From a virus (Duplodnaviria > Heunggongvirae > Uroviricota > Caudoviricetes), in the IMG/VR virus record IMGVR_UViG_2648501400_000003: DNA of 19,804 nt, one strand, 5' to 3'. Both the position numbers and the translations under genes were made by a program. Shown here piece by piece: positions 8,394-16,635 of this stretch. The notes under the pieces are model-generated. The model ran no database searches, was not told where the DNA came from, and was given only the letters and a program-made list of their open reading frames with translations. The first letter of the stretch is position 1, and each line of letters begins with the position of its first letter.

Positions 8394-8661
8394 TCCCTTT
8401 TCCCGGCTGGCAGCGCGTATGGATGCGATCACGGTCAGAAAGATGGGAAAGACAGCCTCGATTAATGATGTCGATATGGCTGTGATCCCGGGCGAAACAC
8501 TGGCAGAACTGAATGCTCTGTCCGGACCTGCGGTCTCTCTGGTGGTGTTTTCTTCGGGATACCGCCCACGGCGCGGGGATCGCGTTGTTTATGACGGACA
8601 ACAATGGACGGTCACACGGCATGAACGTTTTAACGGTAAGCCAATGATCTTTATTGAGTAA
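8386..8661 (+). CDS. Head-tail attachment protein (gpFII-like, Phage_attach family)
   Basis: 91-aa ORF overlapping the previous stop, located directly before the Z homolog as FII is in lambda. Product assignment is positional plus weak recall. Confidence 0.5.
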   Translation: MSDPFSRLAARMDAITVRKMGKTASINDVDMAVIPGETLAELNALSGPAVSLVVFSSGYRPRRGDRVVYDGQQWTVTRHERFNGKPMIFIE

Positions 8662-8672
8662 AGAGGTGTGGG

Positions 8673-9251
8673 ATGAAGGGGCTTGAGAATGCCATCCGCA
8701 ATCTGAACAGCCTTGATACCCGTATGGTGCCACAGGCCAGCGCATGGGCGATAAACCGTGTGGCACAGAAAGCGGTCTCGGTTGCCACCCGGCAGGTTGC
8801 CGGGAATACCGTTGCGGGAGATAACCAGGTGAAAGGGATCCCCCTGAAACTGGTACGTCAGCGTGTCCGGGTGTTTAAAGCCAGTCCGTCAGGAAAAATG
8901 ACGGCCAGGATCCGCGTTAACCGGGGCAATCTGCCCGCCATTAAGCTGGGGACAGCCCGGGTCAGACTGGCCCGGCGTGGTGGAAAACTGCAGTACCGTG
9001 GCAGTGTGCTGAAGGTGGGTAAATATCTTTTCCGGGATGCGTTTATTCAGCAACTGGCGAATGGTCGCTGGCATGTGATGCGGCGTATTGATGGCAAAAA
9101 TCGTTACCCCATTGATGTGGTGAAAATCCCGCTTTCCGGACCGCTGACACAGGCATTTGAAGATGCCCGCGACCGCATCATTGCTGCGGAAATGCCGAAA
9201 CAGCTGGGGTATGCACTGAAACAACAACTGAGGTTATGGCTGACCCGATGA
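8673..9251 (+). CDS. Z: Minor tail protein Z
   Basis: 192 aa, same length as lambda Z. Shared stretches include KGLE, AINRV, IRVNRGNLPAIKLG, FIQQLANGRWHVM, GKNRYPIDVVKIP and LGYAL.QQLR. AGAGG SD. Confidence 0.85.
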   Translation: MKGLENAIRNLNSLDTRMVPQASAWAINRVAQKAVSVATRQVAGNTVAGDNQVKGIPLKLVRQRVRVFKASPSGKMTARIRVNRGNLPAIKLGTARVRLARRGGKLQYRGSVLKVGKYLFRDAFIQQLANGRWHVMRRIDGKNRYPIDVVKIPLSGPLTQAFEDARDRIIAAEMPKQLGYALKQQLRLWLTR

Positions 9252-9649
9252 ACCGACATACACAAATCCGCCAGGTCGTACTGGCACGCCTTCGGGAGCA
9301 GTGTGGAGACAGCGCCACGTTTTTTGACGGGCTTCCGGCATTTGTTGATGCGCAGGAACTGCCTGCCGTGGCGGTGTGGCTGAGTGATGCTCAGTACACC
9401 GGAAAAATGACGGATGAAGATGACTGGCAGGCTGTTCTGCATATTGCTGTCTTCATCCGGGCACAGGCACCGGATTCAGAGCTGGATATGTGGATGGAGA
9501 GCACCATTTTCCCGGCCCTGAATGATGTACCGGCACTTTCCGGACTCATCGACACCCTGATCCCACTCGGTTTTAACTATCAACGTGATAATGAGATGGC
9601 CACCTGGGCGATGGCGGAAATCACGTACCAGATCACGTACACGAATTAA
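9248..9649 (+). CDS. U: Minor tail protein U (tail terminator)
   Basis: ATG overlaps the Z stop (ATGA). ATFFDG, PAVAV.L, YTG, PDSELD.WMES and ITY.ITY motifs parallel lambda U. Confidence 0.85.
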   Translation: MNRHTQIRQVVLARLREQCGDSATFFDGLPAFVDAQELPAVAVWLSDAQYTGKMTDEDDWQAVLHIAVFIRAQAPDSELDMWMESTIFPALNDVPALSGLIDTLIPLGFNYQRDNEMATWAMAEITYQITYTN

Positions 9650-9659
9650 GGAGGTGGTA

Positions 9660-10403
9660 ATGACCACACCAAATCCACTGGCAAAGACGAAAGGTGCGGG
9701 GACGACGTTCTGGATGTATACCGGCAAGGGCGATGCGTTTGCGAACCCTTTGTCGGACACTGACTGGCTGCGTCTTGCGATGGTGAAGGATCTGCAACCT
9801 GGCGAAATGACCACTGATGCAGAAGATGACACTTATCTCGATGATGAGGATGCAGACTGGAAAACGACAACCCAGGGGCAGAAATCCGTTGGTGATACTT
9901 CGGCGACGCTGGCCTGGCGTCCGGGTGACAGCGGGCAGAAAAAACTGGTTCAGTTGTTCGACTCCGGTGAAGTCTGCGCGTTTCGTATCAAATATCCCAA
10001 CGGTACTGTTGATGTTTTCCGCGGCTGGCTGAGCTCACTGGGTAAAACCATTGCCTCAAAAGACGTGATGACCCGCACTGTGAAAATCAGCGGTGTGGGG
10101 CGTCCGTATCTGGCAGAGGAAGGCACTGAAACCGTGAGCGTTACCGGGCTGACGGTGGCACCGGCATCTGCCAGTGTAAAAGTGGGAGCAACCACCACGC
10201 TGACCTTTACAGTAAAACCTGACGGAGCCAGTGACAAAGCGATCAGTGTGCATTTGACAGATCCACAGACTGCCACGGTGACCCTGAACGGGCTTGTGGC
10301 CACGGTGAAAGGCGTGAAGCAGGGCAGTGTCAGCATTGTGGGCATGACTTCTGACGGCGATTTTGTGGCAGTGGCTACGGTGGCTGTCAGCGCCGCAGGT
10401 TAA
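9660..10403 (+). CDS. V: Major tail protein V with C-terminal Ig-like (Big_2-type) domain
   Basis: AAGGAGG SD. MTTPNPLAKTKGAGTTFWMY...YLDDEDADW...FRGW closely parallels lambda V ([20 protein letters not shown]...); the C-terminal 90 aa are a beta-rich Ig-like region as in lambda V. Confidence 0.9.
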   Translation: MTTPNPLAKTKGAGTTFWMYTGKGDAFANPLSDTDWLRLAMVKDLQPGEMTTDAEDDTYLDDEDADWKTTTQGQKSVGDTSATLAWRPGDSGQKKLVQLFDSGEVCAFRIKYPNGTVDVFRGWLSSLGKTIASKDVMTRTVKISGVGRPYLAEEGTETVSVTGLTVAPASASVKVGATTTLTFTVKPDGASDKAISVHLTDPQTATVTLNGLVATVKGVKQGSVSIVGMTSDGDFVAVATVAVSAAG

Positions 10404-10423
10404 CAGGACGATACTCATCATTT

Positions 10424-10447
10424 GCCCCGGTTATCCGGGGCTTTTTT
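10424..10447 (+). terminator. Intrinsic terminator after the major tail gene
   Basis: GCCCCGG-TTAT-CCGGGGC perfect 7-bp GC stem followed by TTTTTT, 20 nt after the V stop. Confidence 0.6.
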
Positions 10448-10460
10448 GCAGGTGGAGAAC

Positions 10461-10850
10461 ATGATGTTTCTGAAACAGGGCACGTTTAATTATGAAAAGC
10501 AGTCCGTGGTGCTCAGTGAGCTGTCCGGGCTGCAGAGAATTGAATATCTGGCGTTTGTTCAGCAGCGAACGGCAAAGTTTGATGCCGAAGAGGGAGAACT
10601 GCCGGAGGCTGAACGACAGATTGCTTTTCTGCGGATGGGGATGGATATCAATGCCTGGCTGGTTTCCCGCTCACTGTGGAATGCGGAACAGTCTCAGGAT
10701 GTTGAGACGCTTTGCGCATCCGTTATTACAACATGGTCGTATGATGCCCTGGGAGCGGGGGCGGAGATGGTTCTGTCGCTGAGCGGTATGGGAGCCATTG
10801 AGAATGCCGGGGATCTGGAGCATGAGGTGCTGACGCCGGAAAAGTCCTGA
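10461..10850 (+). CDS. G: Tail assembly chaperone G
   Basis: MMFLKQGTFNYEKQSVVLSELSGLQRIEYLAF parallels lambda G (MFLKTESFEHNGVTVTLSELSALQRIEHLAL). GGAG SD; the start could be the ATG at 10461 or 10464. The ORF-track start at 10422 overlaps the V terminator. Confidence 0.85.
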   Translation: MMFLKQGTFNYEKQSVVLSELSGLQRIEYLAFVQQRTAKFDAEEGELPEAERQIAFLRMGMDINAWLVSRSLWNAEQSQDVETLCASVITTWSYDALGAGAEMVLSLSGMGAIENAGDLEHEVLTPEKS

Positions 10851-11188
10851 CGCGGGAAATGCAGTTTGTCATGCGGCTTGCCCGGGAGTTCCGGCGGGCA
10901 GACTGGCGGCGGATGCTGTCGGAAATGTCGGCCACTGAGCTTGGTGAGTGGGGCGATTATTTCCGGATGCAGAGCTTCAGTGATGTGTGGATGGATGCGC
11001 AGTTTGCCTCGCTGAAGGCATTGATCGTGAGAATGGTGTCCGGCAGCAGTGATGCTGCGGTGGCTGATTTCAGCCTTTTACCGGAAGAGAACGGGATACC
11101 GGAGCGAACGGACGAAGAACTGATGCATCTTGGGGAAGGTATTTCCGGAGGTGTGCGTTATGGACCAGATAGCCAACCTGGTCATTGA
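10461..11188 (+). CDS. T: Tail assembly chaperone G-T fusion, made by -1 programmed frameshift near the end of G (T part 10826-11188)
   Basis: The T ORF is in the -1 frame relative to G and open from 10826, overlapping the last 22 nt of G, as in lambda G/T. Candidate slip site G GAA AAG at 10838-10844 (lambda has G GGA AAG). Confidence 0.6.
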
Positions 11189-14100
11189 TTTGGGGATTGA
11201 TGCGGCAGAGTTTAAAAATGAAATTCCCCGTATCAAAAACCTTCTGAATGGTGCAGCCAGCGATGCAGAACGGTCTTCTGCCCGTATGCAGCGTTTTATG
11301 GAGCGTCAGACTCAGGCCGCCAGGCAGACAACGCAGGCGGCTTCTTCGGCTGCAACAGCCGCATCCGTCCATGCGCAGACGGTGGAGAAGAACGCACAGG
11401 CTCATGAACGCATGGCCCGCGAGGTGGAGAAAACCCGCCAGCGCATGGAGGCACTGAGCCAGAAAATGCGCGAGGAACAGGCGCAGGCCATGGCTCTGGC
11501 GGAGGCTCAGGATAAAGCGGCTGCTGCGTTTTATCGTCAGATTGACAGTGTGAAACAGGCCAGTGCGGGGCTACAGGAATTACAGCGTATTCAGCAGCAG
11601 ATCCGACAGGCCAGAAACAGTGGCGGGATTGGCCAGCAGGATTATCTGGCGCTGATTTCTGAGGTTACTGCGAAAACCCGTGTTCTTACACAGGCTGAGG
11701 AAGAGGCTACCCGACAGAAAGTGGCGTTTATCCGTCAGCTTAAAGAGCAGGCAACCCGCCAGAATCTTTCATCTTCTGAGTTGCTTCGTGCCAGGGCAGC
11801 CCAGCTAGGGGTAAGCAGTGCTGCAGAAGTGTATATCCGCAAAATGGAGCAGGCAGGAAAAGCCACGCATTCGCTGGGTCTGAAAAGTGCAGCAGCCCGC
11901 CAGGAGATAGGCGTTCTGATAGGTGAACTGGCCCGTGGCAATTTAGGAGCGCTGAGGGGATCCGGGATAACGCTGGCTAACCGTGCCGGATGGATAGACA
12001 CACTGATGTCACCGAAAGGCATGATGCCAGGAGCGGTTATTGGCGGTATTGCCGCGGCCGTCTATGGTCTGGGTAAAGCCTGGTATGACGGTCAGAAGGA
12101 GGGGGAAGAATTTAACCGCCAGCTATCACTGACGGGGCATTATGCCGGAGTCACTGCCGGGCAGCTGTGGACGCTCAGTCGTGCTATTTCCGGGAATGGT
12201 ATCACGCAACATGCTGCAGCCGGTGCGCTGGCTCAGGTGGTGGGGAGTGGTGCATTTCGTGGAAACGATATCGGTATGGTGGCGAGAGCTGCCGCACAGA
12301 TGGAGCGATCGGTTGGCCAGTCGGTCAGCGATACCATAAATCAGTTTAAGCGGCTGAAGGATGATCCTGTAAATGCCGCGAAGGCTCTGGACAATGAGCT
12401 GCATTTTCTTACTGCCACTCAGCTTGAGCAGATACGCGTCCTTGGGGATCAGGGGCGGTCCAGTGATGCGGCACGGATAGCCATGTCTGCACTGGCAGAG
12501 GAAACCGGTCGGCGTACTGCGGATATTGATAATAACCTCAATGCGCTGGGCAGTACGCTGAAGTATCTGTCTGATTTATGGAGTCGTTTCTGGGATGCGG
12601 CCATGAATATTGGTCGTGAAGACTCGCTGGATGAACAGATTGCCGCTTTACAGGAGAAAGTGTCGCGGGCGAAAAGACTCCCCTGGACGGCATCATCTTC
12701 TCAGGTTGAATACGATCAGCAGCGTCTTAACGATCTTCAGGAGAAAAAACGCCAGAAGGATTTGCAGGATGCAAAAGAGCAGGCAGAGCGGAATTATCAG
12801 GAGCAACAGAAACGCCGTAATGCTGAAAATGCTGCACTGAACCGGATGAATGAAACGGAAGCAGCACGACATCAGCGTGAAATTGCGCGTATTAATGCCA
12901 TGCAGTACGCCGATCAGGCTGTCAGGGATGCGGCGATACAACGTGAAAATGAACGTTACGAGAAAGCCCTGGCATCCGGTAAGAAAAAAACACGCGAAAC
13001 CCGTAATGATGAGGCCACCCGGTTATTGCTGCAGTACAGTCAGCAACAGGCACAGGTGGAAGGACAGATTGCTGCTGCCAGACAGTCAGCAGGCATTGCC
13101 ACGGAAAGGATGACAGAAGCGCATAAACAGCTTCTGGCTCTGCAGCAGCGCATCAGCGACCTGGACGGGAAAAAACTGACGGCAGATGAAAAGAGTGTGC
13201 TGGCCAGTAAAGATGAACTGATTCAGGCACTGACGCTGCTGGATGTAAAACAGCAGGAGCTTCAGAAACAGACGGCACTCAACGATCTGAAGAAAAAAAC
13301 AATTCAGCTGACCAGTCAACTGGCTGAAGAAGAGCGCGCTCAGCGTCAGCAACATGACCTGGATATCGCCACGGTGGGTATGGGTGATCAGCAGCGGCAG
13401 CGATATCAGGTACAACTGAGTCTTCGCCAGAAATACCAGCAACAGCTGGAGCAGTTGAGGCGGGATAGTGAGCAGAAAGGGACATATAACACGGATGACT
13501 ACAGAAAGGCCGAGCAGGCGCTGACGGAGAGCCTGAACCGACAACTGAATGAGAATCGCCGTTACTGGCAACAGCTTGAAATTGCTCAGGGTAACTGGAA
13601 AAACGGTGCCATGCGGGCGTTTCAGAATTTCACGGCAGATGCGGATAATGCGGCAGGCACTGCTGAGCAGATGCTTACAGCGGCATTTAACAGTGCTGGT
13701 AATGCACTGGCGACCTTCTGTACCACCGGAAAACTGAACTTCAAATCTTTTACCGCCTCACTCCTTTCCGATCTGGCAAAAATTATGGCGCAGATGGCCA
13801 TGATGCAGGCGGTGAAGGGGATTGGTTCGGCGTTTGGCTGGGGGAGTGCTGCCGCTGCCAGTGTGACGCCCAATGCTGATGGTGGCGTTTATCAGTCGGC
13901 TGATTTGAGTCGCTACAGCGGCACGGTGGTTAACCGACCGACGTTTTTTGCTTTTGCAAAAGGCGCGGGTGTGATGGGGGAAGCGGGACCTGAAGCCATT
14001 CTGCCACTGCGCCGTGGTGCTGACGGTAAGCTGGGGGTTGTGGCAAATATTGGTGGTTCAGGTATGGCGATGTTTGAGCAGAATAACCATGTGGTGATTA

Positions 14101-14234
14101 ACAACGACGGCACGAACGGGCAGATAGGTCCGGCTGCTCTGAAGGCGGTGTATGACATGGCCCGCAAGGGTGCCCGTGATGAAATTCAGACACAGATGCG
14201 TGATGGTGGCCTGTTCTCCGGAGGTGGACGATGA
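11160..14234 (+). CDS. H: Tail tape measure protein H
   Basis: 1024-aa ORF from the ATG with GGAG SD, after G/T. Long Gln/Glu/Arg/Ala-rich predicted coiled-coil body. The C-terminus ...FEQNNHVVINNDGTNGQIGPAALKAVYDMARKGARDEIQTQMRDGGLFSGGGR matches lambda H as I recall it; the N-terminus MDQIANLVIDLGIDAAEF parallels lambda MAEPVGDLVVDLSLDAARF. Confidence 0.9.
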   Translation: MDQIANLVIDLGIDAAEFKNEIPRIKNLLNGAASDAERSSARMQRFMERQTQAARQTTQAASSAATAASVHAQTVEKNAQAHERMAREVEKTRQRMEALSQKMREEQAQAMALAEAQDKAAAAFYRQIDSVKQASAGLQELQRIQQQIRQARNSGGIGQQDYLALISEVTAKTRVLTQAEEEATRQKVAFIRQLKEQATRQNLSSSELLRARAAQLGVSSAAEVYIRKMEQAGKATHSLGLKSAAARQEIGVLIGELARGNLGALRGSGITLANRAGWIDTLMSPKGMMPGAVIGGIAAAVYGLGKAWYDGQKEGEEFNRQLSLTGHYAGVTAGQLWTLSRAISGNGITQHAAAGALAQVVGSGAFRGNDIGMVARAAAQMERSVGQSVSDTINQFKRLKDDPVNAAKALDNELHFLTATQLEQIRVLGDQGRSSDAARIAMSALAEETGRRTADIDNNLNALGSTLKYLSDLWSRFWDAAMNIGREDSLDEQIAALQEKVSRAKRLPWTASSSQVEYDQQRLNDLQEKKRQKDLQDAKEQAERNYQEQQKRRNAENAALNRMNETEAARHQREIARINAMQYADQAVRDAAIQRENERYEKALASGKKKTRETRNDEATRLLLQYSQQQAQVEGQIAAARQSAGIATERMTEAHKQLLALQQRISDLDGKKLTADEKSVLASKDELIQALTLLDVKQQELQKQTALNDLKKKTIQLTSQLAEEERAQRQQHDLDIATVGMGDQQRQRYQVQLSLRQKYQQQLEQLRRDSEQKGTYNTDDYRKAEQALTESLNRQLNENRRYWQQLEIAQGNWKNGAMRAFQNFTADADNAAGTAEQMLTAAFNSAGNALATFCTTGKLNFKSFTASLLSDLAKIMAQMAMMQAVKGIGSAFGWGSAAAASVTPNADGGVYQSADLSRYSGTVVNRPTFFAFAKGAGVMGEAGPEAILPLRRGADGKLGVVANIGGSGMAMFEQNNHVVINNDGTNGQIGPAALKAVYDMARKGARDEIQTQMRDGGLFSGGGR

Positions 14235-14560
14235 AAACCTTCCGCTGGAAAGTGAAACCCGGTATGGATGTGGCTTCGGCCCCTTCTGTAAGAAAGGTGC
14301 GCTTTGGTGATGGCTATTCCCAGCGAGCGCCTGCCGGGCTGAATTCCAACCTGAAAACGTACAGCGTGACGTTTTCTGTTCCCCGTTGGGAGGCCACGGC
14401 GCTGGAGTCGTTTCTGGCTGAGCACGGGGGCTGGAAAGCCTTTCTGTGGACGCCGCCTTATGAGTGGCGGCAGATAAAGGTGACCTGCGCAAAATGGTCG
14501 TCGCGGGTCAGTATGCTGCGTGTTGAGTTCAGCGCAGAGTTTGAACAGGTGGTGAACTGA
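14231..14560 (+). CDS. M: Tail tip protein M
   Basis: 109 aa, ATG overlapping the H stop (ATGA). Same length and junction geometry as lambda M; sequence appears near-identical to lambda M from memory. Confidence 0.95.
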   Translation: MKTFRWKVKPGMDVASAPSVRKVRFGDGYSQRAPAGLNSNLKTYSVTFSVPRWEATALESFLAEHGGWKAFLWTPPYEWRQIKVTCAKWSSRVSMLRVEFSAEFEQVVN

Positions 14561-15258
14561 TGCAGGATATCCGGCAGGAAACACTGAATGAATGCACCCG
14601 TGCGGAGCAGTCGGCCAGCGTGGTGCTCTGGGAAATCGATCTGACAGAGGTCGGTGGAGAACGTTATTTTTTCTGCAATGAGCAGAACGAAAAAGGTGAG
14701 CCGGTCACCTGGCAGGGGCGACAGTATCAGGCGTACCCCATTCAGGGGAGCGGATTTGAGATGAACGGTAAAGGAGCCAGCGCCAGGCCAACGCTGAAAG
14801 TCTCTAATCTGCACGGCATGGTCACCGGGATGGTGGAAGATTTGCAGAGCCTGGTCGGCGGAACGGTGGTCAGGCGTAAGGTTTACGCCCGTTTTCTGGA
14901 TGCGGTGAATTTCGTCAACGGAAACAGTGACGCCGATCCTGAGCAGGAGGTGATCAGCCGCTGGCGCATTGAGCAGTGCAGCGAACTGAGCTCGGTCAGC
15001 GCGAGCTTTGTGCTGTCCACACCGACGGAAACGGATGGCGCTGTTTTTCCGGGGCGCACCATGCTGGCCAACACCTGTACCTGGACCTATCGCGGTGATG
15101 AGTGCGGTTATCACGGTCCGGCGGTCGCGGATGAATATGACCAGCCGACATCCGATATCACGAAGGATAAATGCAGCAAATGCCTGAGCGGCTGTAAGTT
15201 TCGCAATAACCTCGGCAACTTTGGCGGTTACCTTTCCATCAACAAACTTTCGCAGTAA
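14560..15258 (+). CDS. L: Tail tip protein L
   Basis: 232 aa, start overlapping the M stop (TGATG). Same length and offset as lambda L; four-Cys cluster near the C-terminus (CSKCLSGC). Confidence 0.95.
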   Translation: MQDIRQETLNECTRAEQSASVVLWEIDLTEVGGERYFFCNEQNEKGEPVTWQGRQYQAYPIQGSGFEMNGKGASARPTLKVSNLHGMVTGMVEDLQSLVGGTVVRRKVYARFLDAVNFVNGNSDADPEQEVISRWRIEQCSELSSVSASFVLSTPTETDGAVFPGRTMLANTCTWTYRGDECGYHGPAVADEYDQPTSDITKDKCSKCLSGCKFRNNLGNFGGYLSINKLSQ

Positions 15259-15262
15259 ATCC

Positions 15263-16006
15263 ATGACACAGACAGATTCAGCGATTCTGGCGCACGCCCG
15301 GCGATGTGCGCCAGCGGAGTCGTGCGGCTTCGTGGTGAGAACGCCGGAGGGAGAAAGATATTTTCCCTGCGTGAATATCTCCGGTGAGCCGGAGGATTAT
15401 TTCAGGCTGTCGCCGGAGGACTGGCTGCGGGCAGAGATGCAGGGTGAGATTGTGGCGCTGGTCCACAGCCACCCCGGTGGTCTGCCCTGGCTGAGTGAGG
15501 CCGACAGGCGGTTGCAGGTGCAGAGTGATTTGCCGTGGTGGCTGGTCTGCCGGGGGGCGATTCACAAGTTCCGCTGTGTGCCACATCTCACCGGGCGGCG
15601 CTTTGAGCACGGGGTGACAGATTGTTACACGCTGTTCCGGGATGCTTACCATCTGGCGGGGATTGAGATGCCGGATTTTCATCGTGAGGATGACTGGTGG
15701 CGTCACGGTCAGAATCTCTATCTGGATAATCTGGAGGCCACAGGGCTGTATCAGGTGCCGTTGTCATCAGTACAACCGGGTGATGTGCTGCTGTGCTGTT
15801 TTGGTTCATCGGTGCCAAATCATGCCGCTATTTACTGTGGTGACGGCGAGCTGCTGCACCATATTCCTGAACAACTGAGCAAACGAGAGAGGTATACCGA
15901 AAAATGGCAGCGACGCACACACTCCCTCTGGCGTCACCGGGCATGGCACGCATCTGCCTTTACGGGGATTTACAACGATTTGGCCGCCGCATCGGCCTTC
16001 GTGTGA
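15263..16006 (+). CDS. K: Tail tip assembly protein K (JAMM/MPN domain plus NlpC/P60 domain)
   Basis: JAMM motif H-x-H-x7-S-x2-D visible in HSHPGGLPWLSEAD. The 3' end coincides with lambda K. The first ATG of the ORF is used here; classical lambda annotation starts 48 codons later at a Met that is Leu here (FRLSPED), so the long form is more likely. Confidence 0.85.
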   Translation: MTQTDSAILAHARRCAPAESCGFVVRTPEGERYFPCVNISGEPEDYFRLSPEDWLRAEMQGEIVALVHSHPGGLPWLSEADRRLQVQSDLPWWLVCRGAIHKFRCVPHLTGRRFEHGVTDCYTLFRDAYHLAGIEMPDFHREDDWWRHGQNLYLDNLEATGLYQVPLSSVQPGDVLLCCFGSSVPNHAAIYCGDGELLHHIPEQLSKRERYTEKWQRRTHSLWRHRAWHASAFTGIYNDLAAASAFV

Positions 16007-16575
16007 AAACGGGGGCTGAAGCCATCCGGGCGCTGGCCACGCAGCTTCCGTCGTTTCGCCAGAAACTGAGCGACGGCTGGTATCAGGTACGGATTGCCGG
16101 GCAGGATGTCAGCACGTCCGGATTAACGGCGCAGTTACATGAGACTCTGCCTGATGGCGCTGTGATTCATATTGTTCCCAGAGTCGCCGGGGCCAAGTCA
16201 GGTGGTGTATTCCAGATTGTCCTGGGAGCAGCCGCCATTGCCGGATCATTCTTTACCGCCGGAGCCACCCTTGCAGCATGGGGGGCAGCCATTGGGGCCG
16301 GTGGTATGACCGGCATCCTGTTTTCTCTCGGTGCCAGTATGGTGCTCGGTGGTGTGGCGCAGATGCTGGCCCCTAAACCAAGAACTCCCCGCACACAAAC
16401 AACGGATAACGGTAAGCAGAACACGTATTTCTCGTCACTGGATAACATGGTTGCCCAGGGCAATGTTCTGCCTGTTCTGTACGGTGAAATGCGCGTGGGG
16501 TCACGTGTTGTCTCTCAGGAGATTAGCACGGCAGACGAGGGGGACGGTGGTCAGGTTGTGGTGATTGGTCGTTGA
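15904..16575 (+). CDS. I: Tail tip assembly protein I
   Basis: 223 aa, overlapping the 3' end of K by 103 nt in another frame, exactly as lambda I does. Gly/Ala-rich hydrophobic stretch in the middle. Confidence 0.85.
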   Translation: MAATHTLPLASPGMARICLYGDLQRFGRRIGLRVKTGAEAIRALATQLPSFRQKLSDGWYQVRIAGQDVSTSGLTAQLHETLPDGAVIHIVPRVAGAKSGGVFQIVLGAAAIAGSFFTAGATLAAWGAAIGAGGMTGILFSLGASMVLGGVAQMLAPKPRTPRTQTTDNGKQNTYFSSLDNMVAQGNVLPVLYGEMRVGSRVVSQEISTADEGDGGQVVVIGR

Positions 16576-16593
16576 TGAAAAACGTTTTATGTG

Positions 16594-16614
16594 AAACCGC
16601 CTCAGGGCGGTTTT
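16594..16614 (+). terminator. Hairpin between I and J (possible attenuator or RNA processing site)
   Basis: AAACCGCC-TCAG-GGCGGTTT perfect 8-bp stem followed by TTTT, 18 nt after the I stop and about 20 nt before the J start. Confidence 0.35.
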
Positions 16615-16635
16615 GTCGTTTCTGGAGCGAGAGGA

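Noticed and set aside
14458-15264. 268-aa ORF on the - strand inside L
   Set aside because: It is entirely antisense to L, which is strongly supported, and has no RBS or known domain. Long stop-free antisense frames are common in GC-rich coding DNA.
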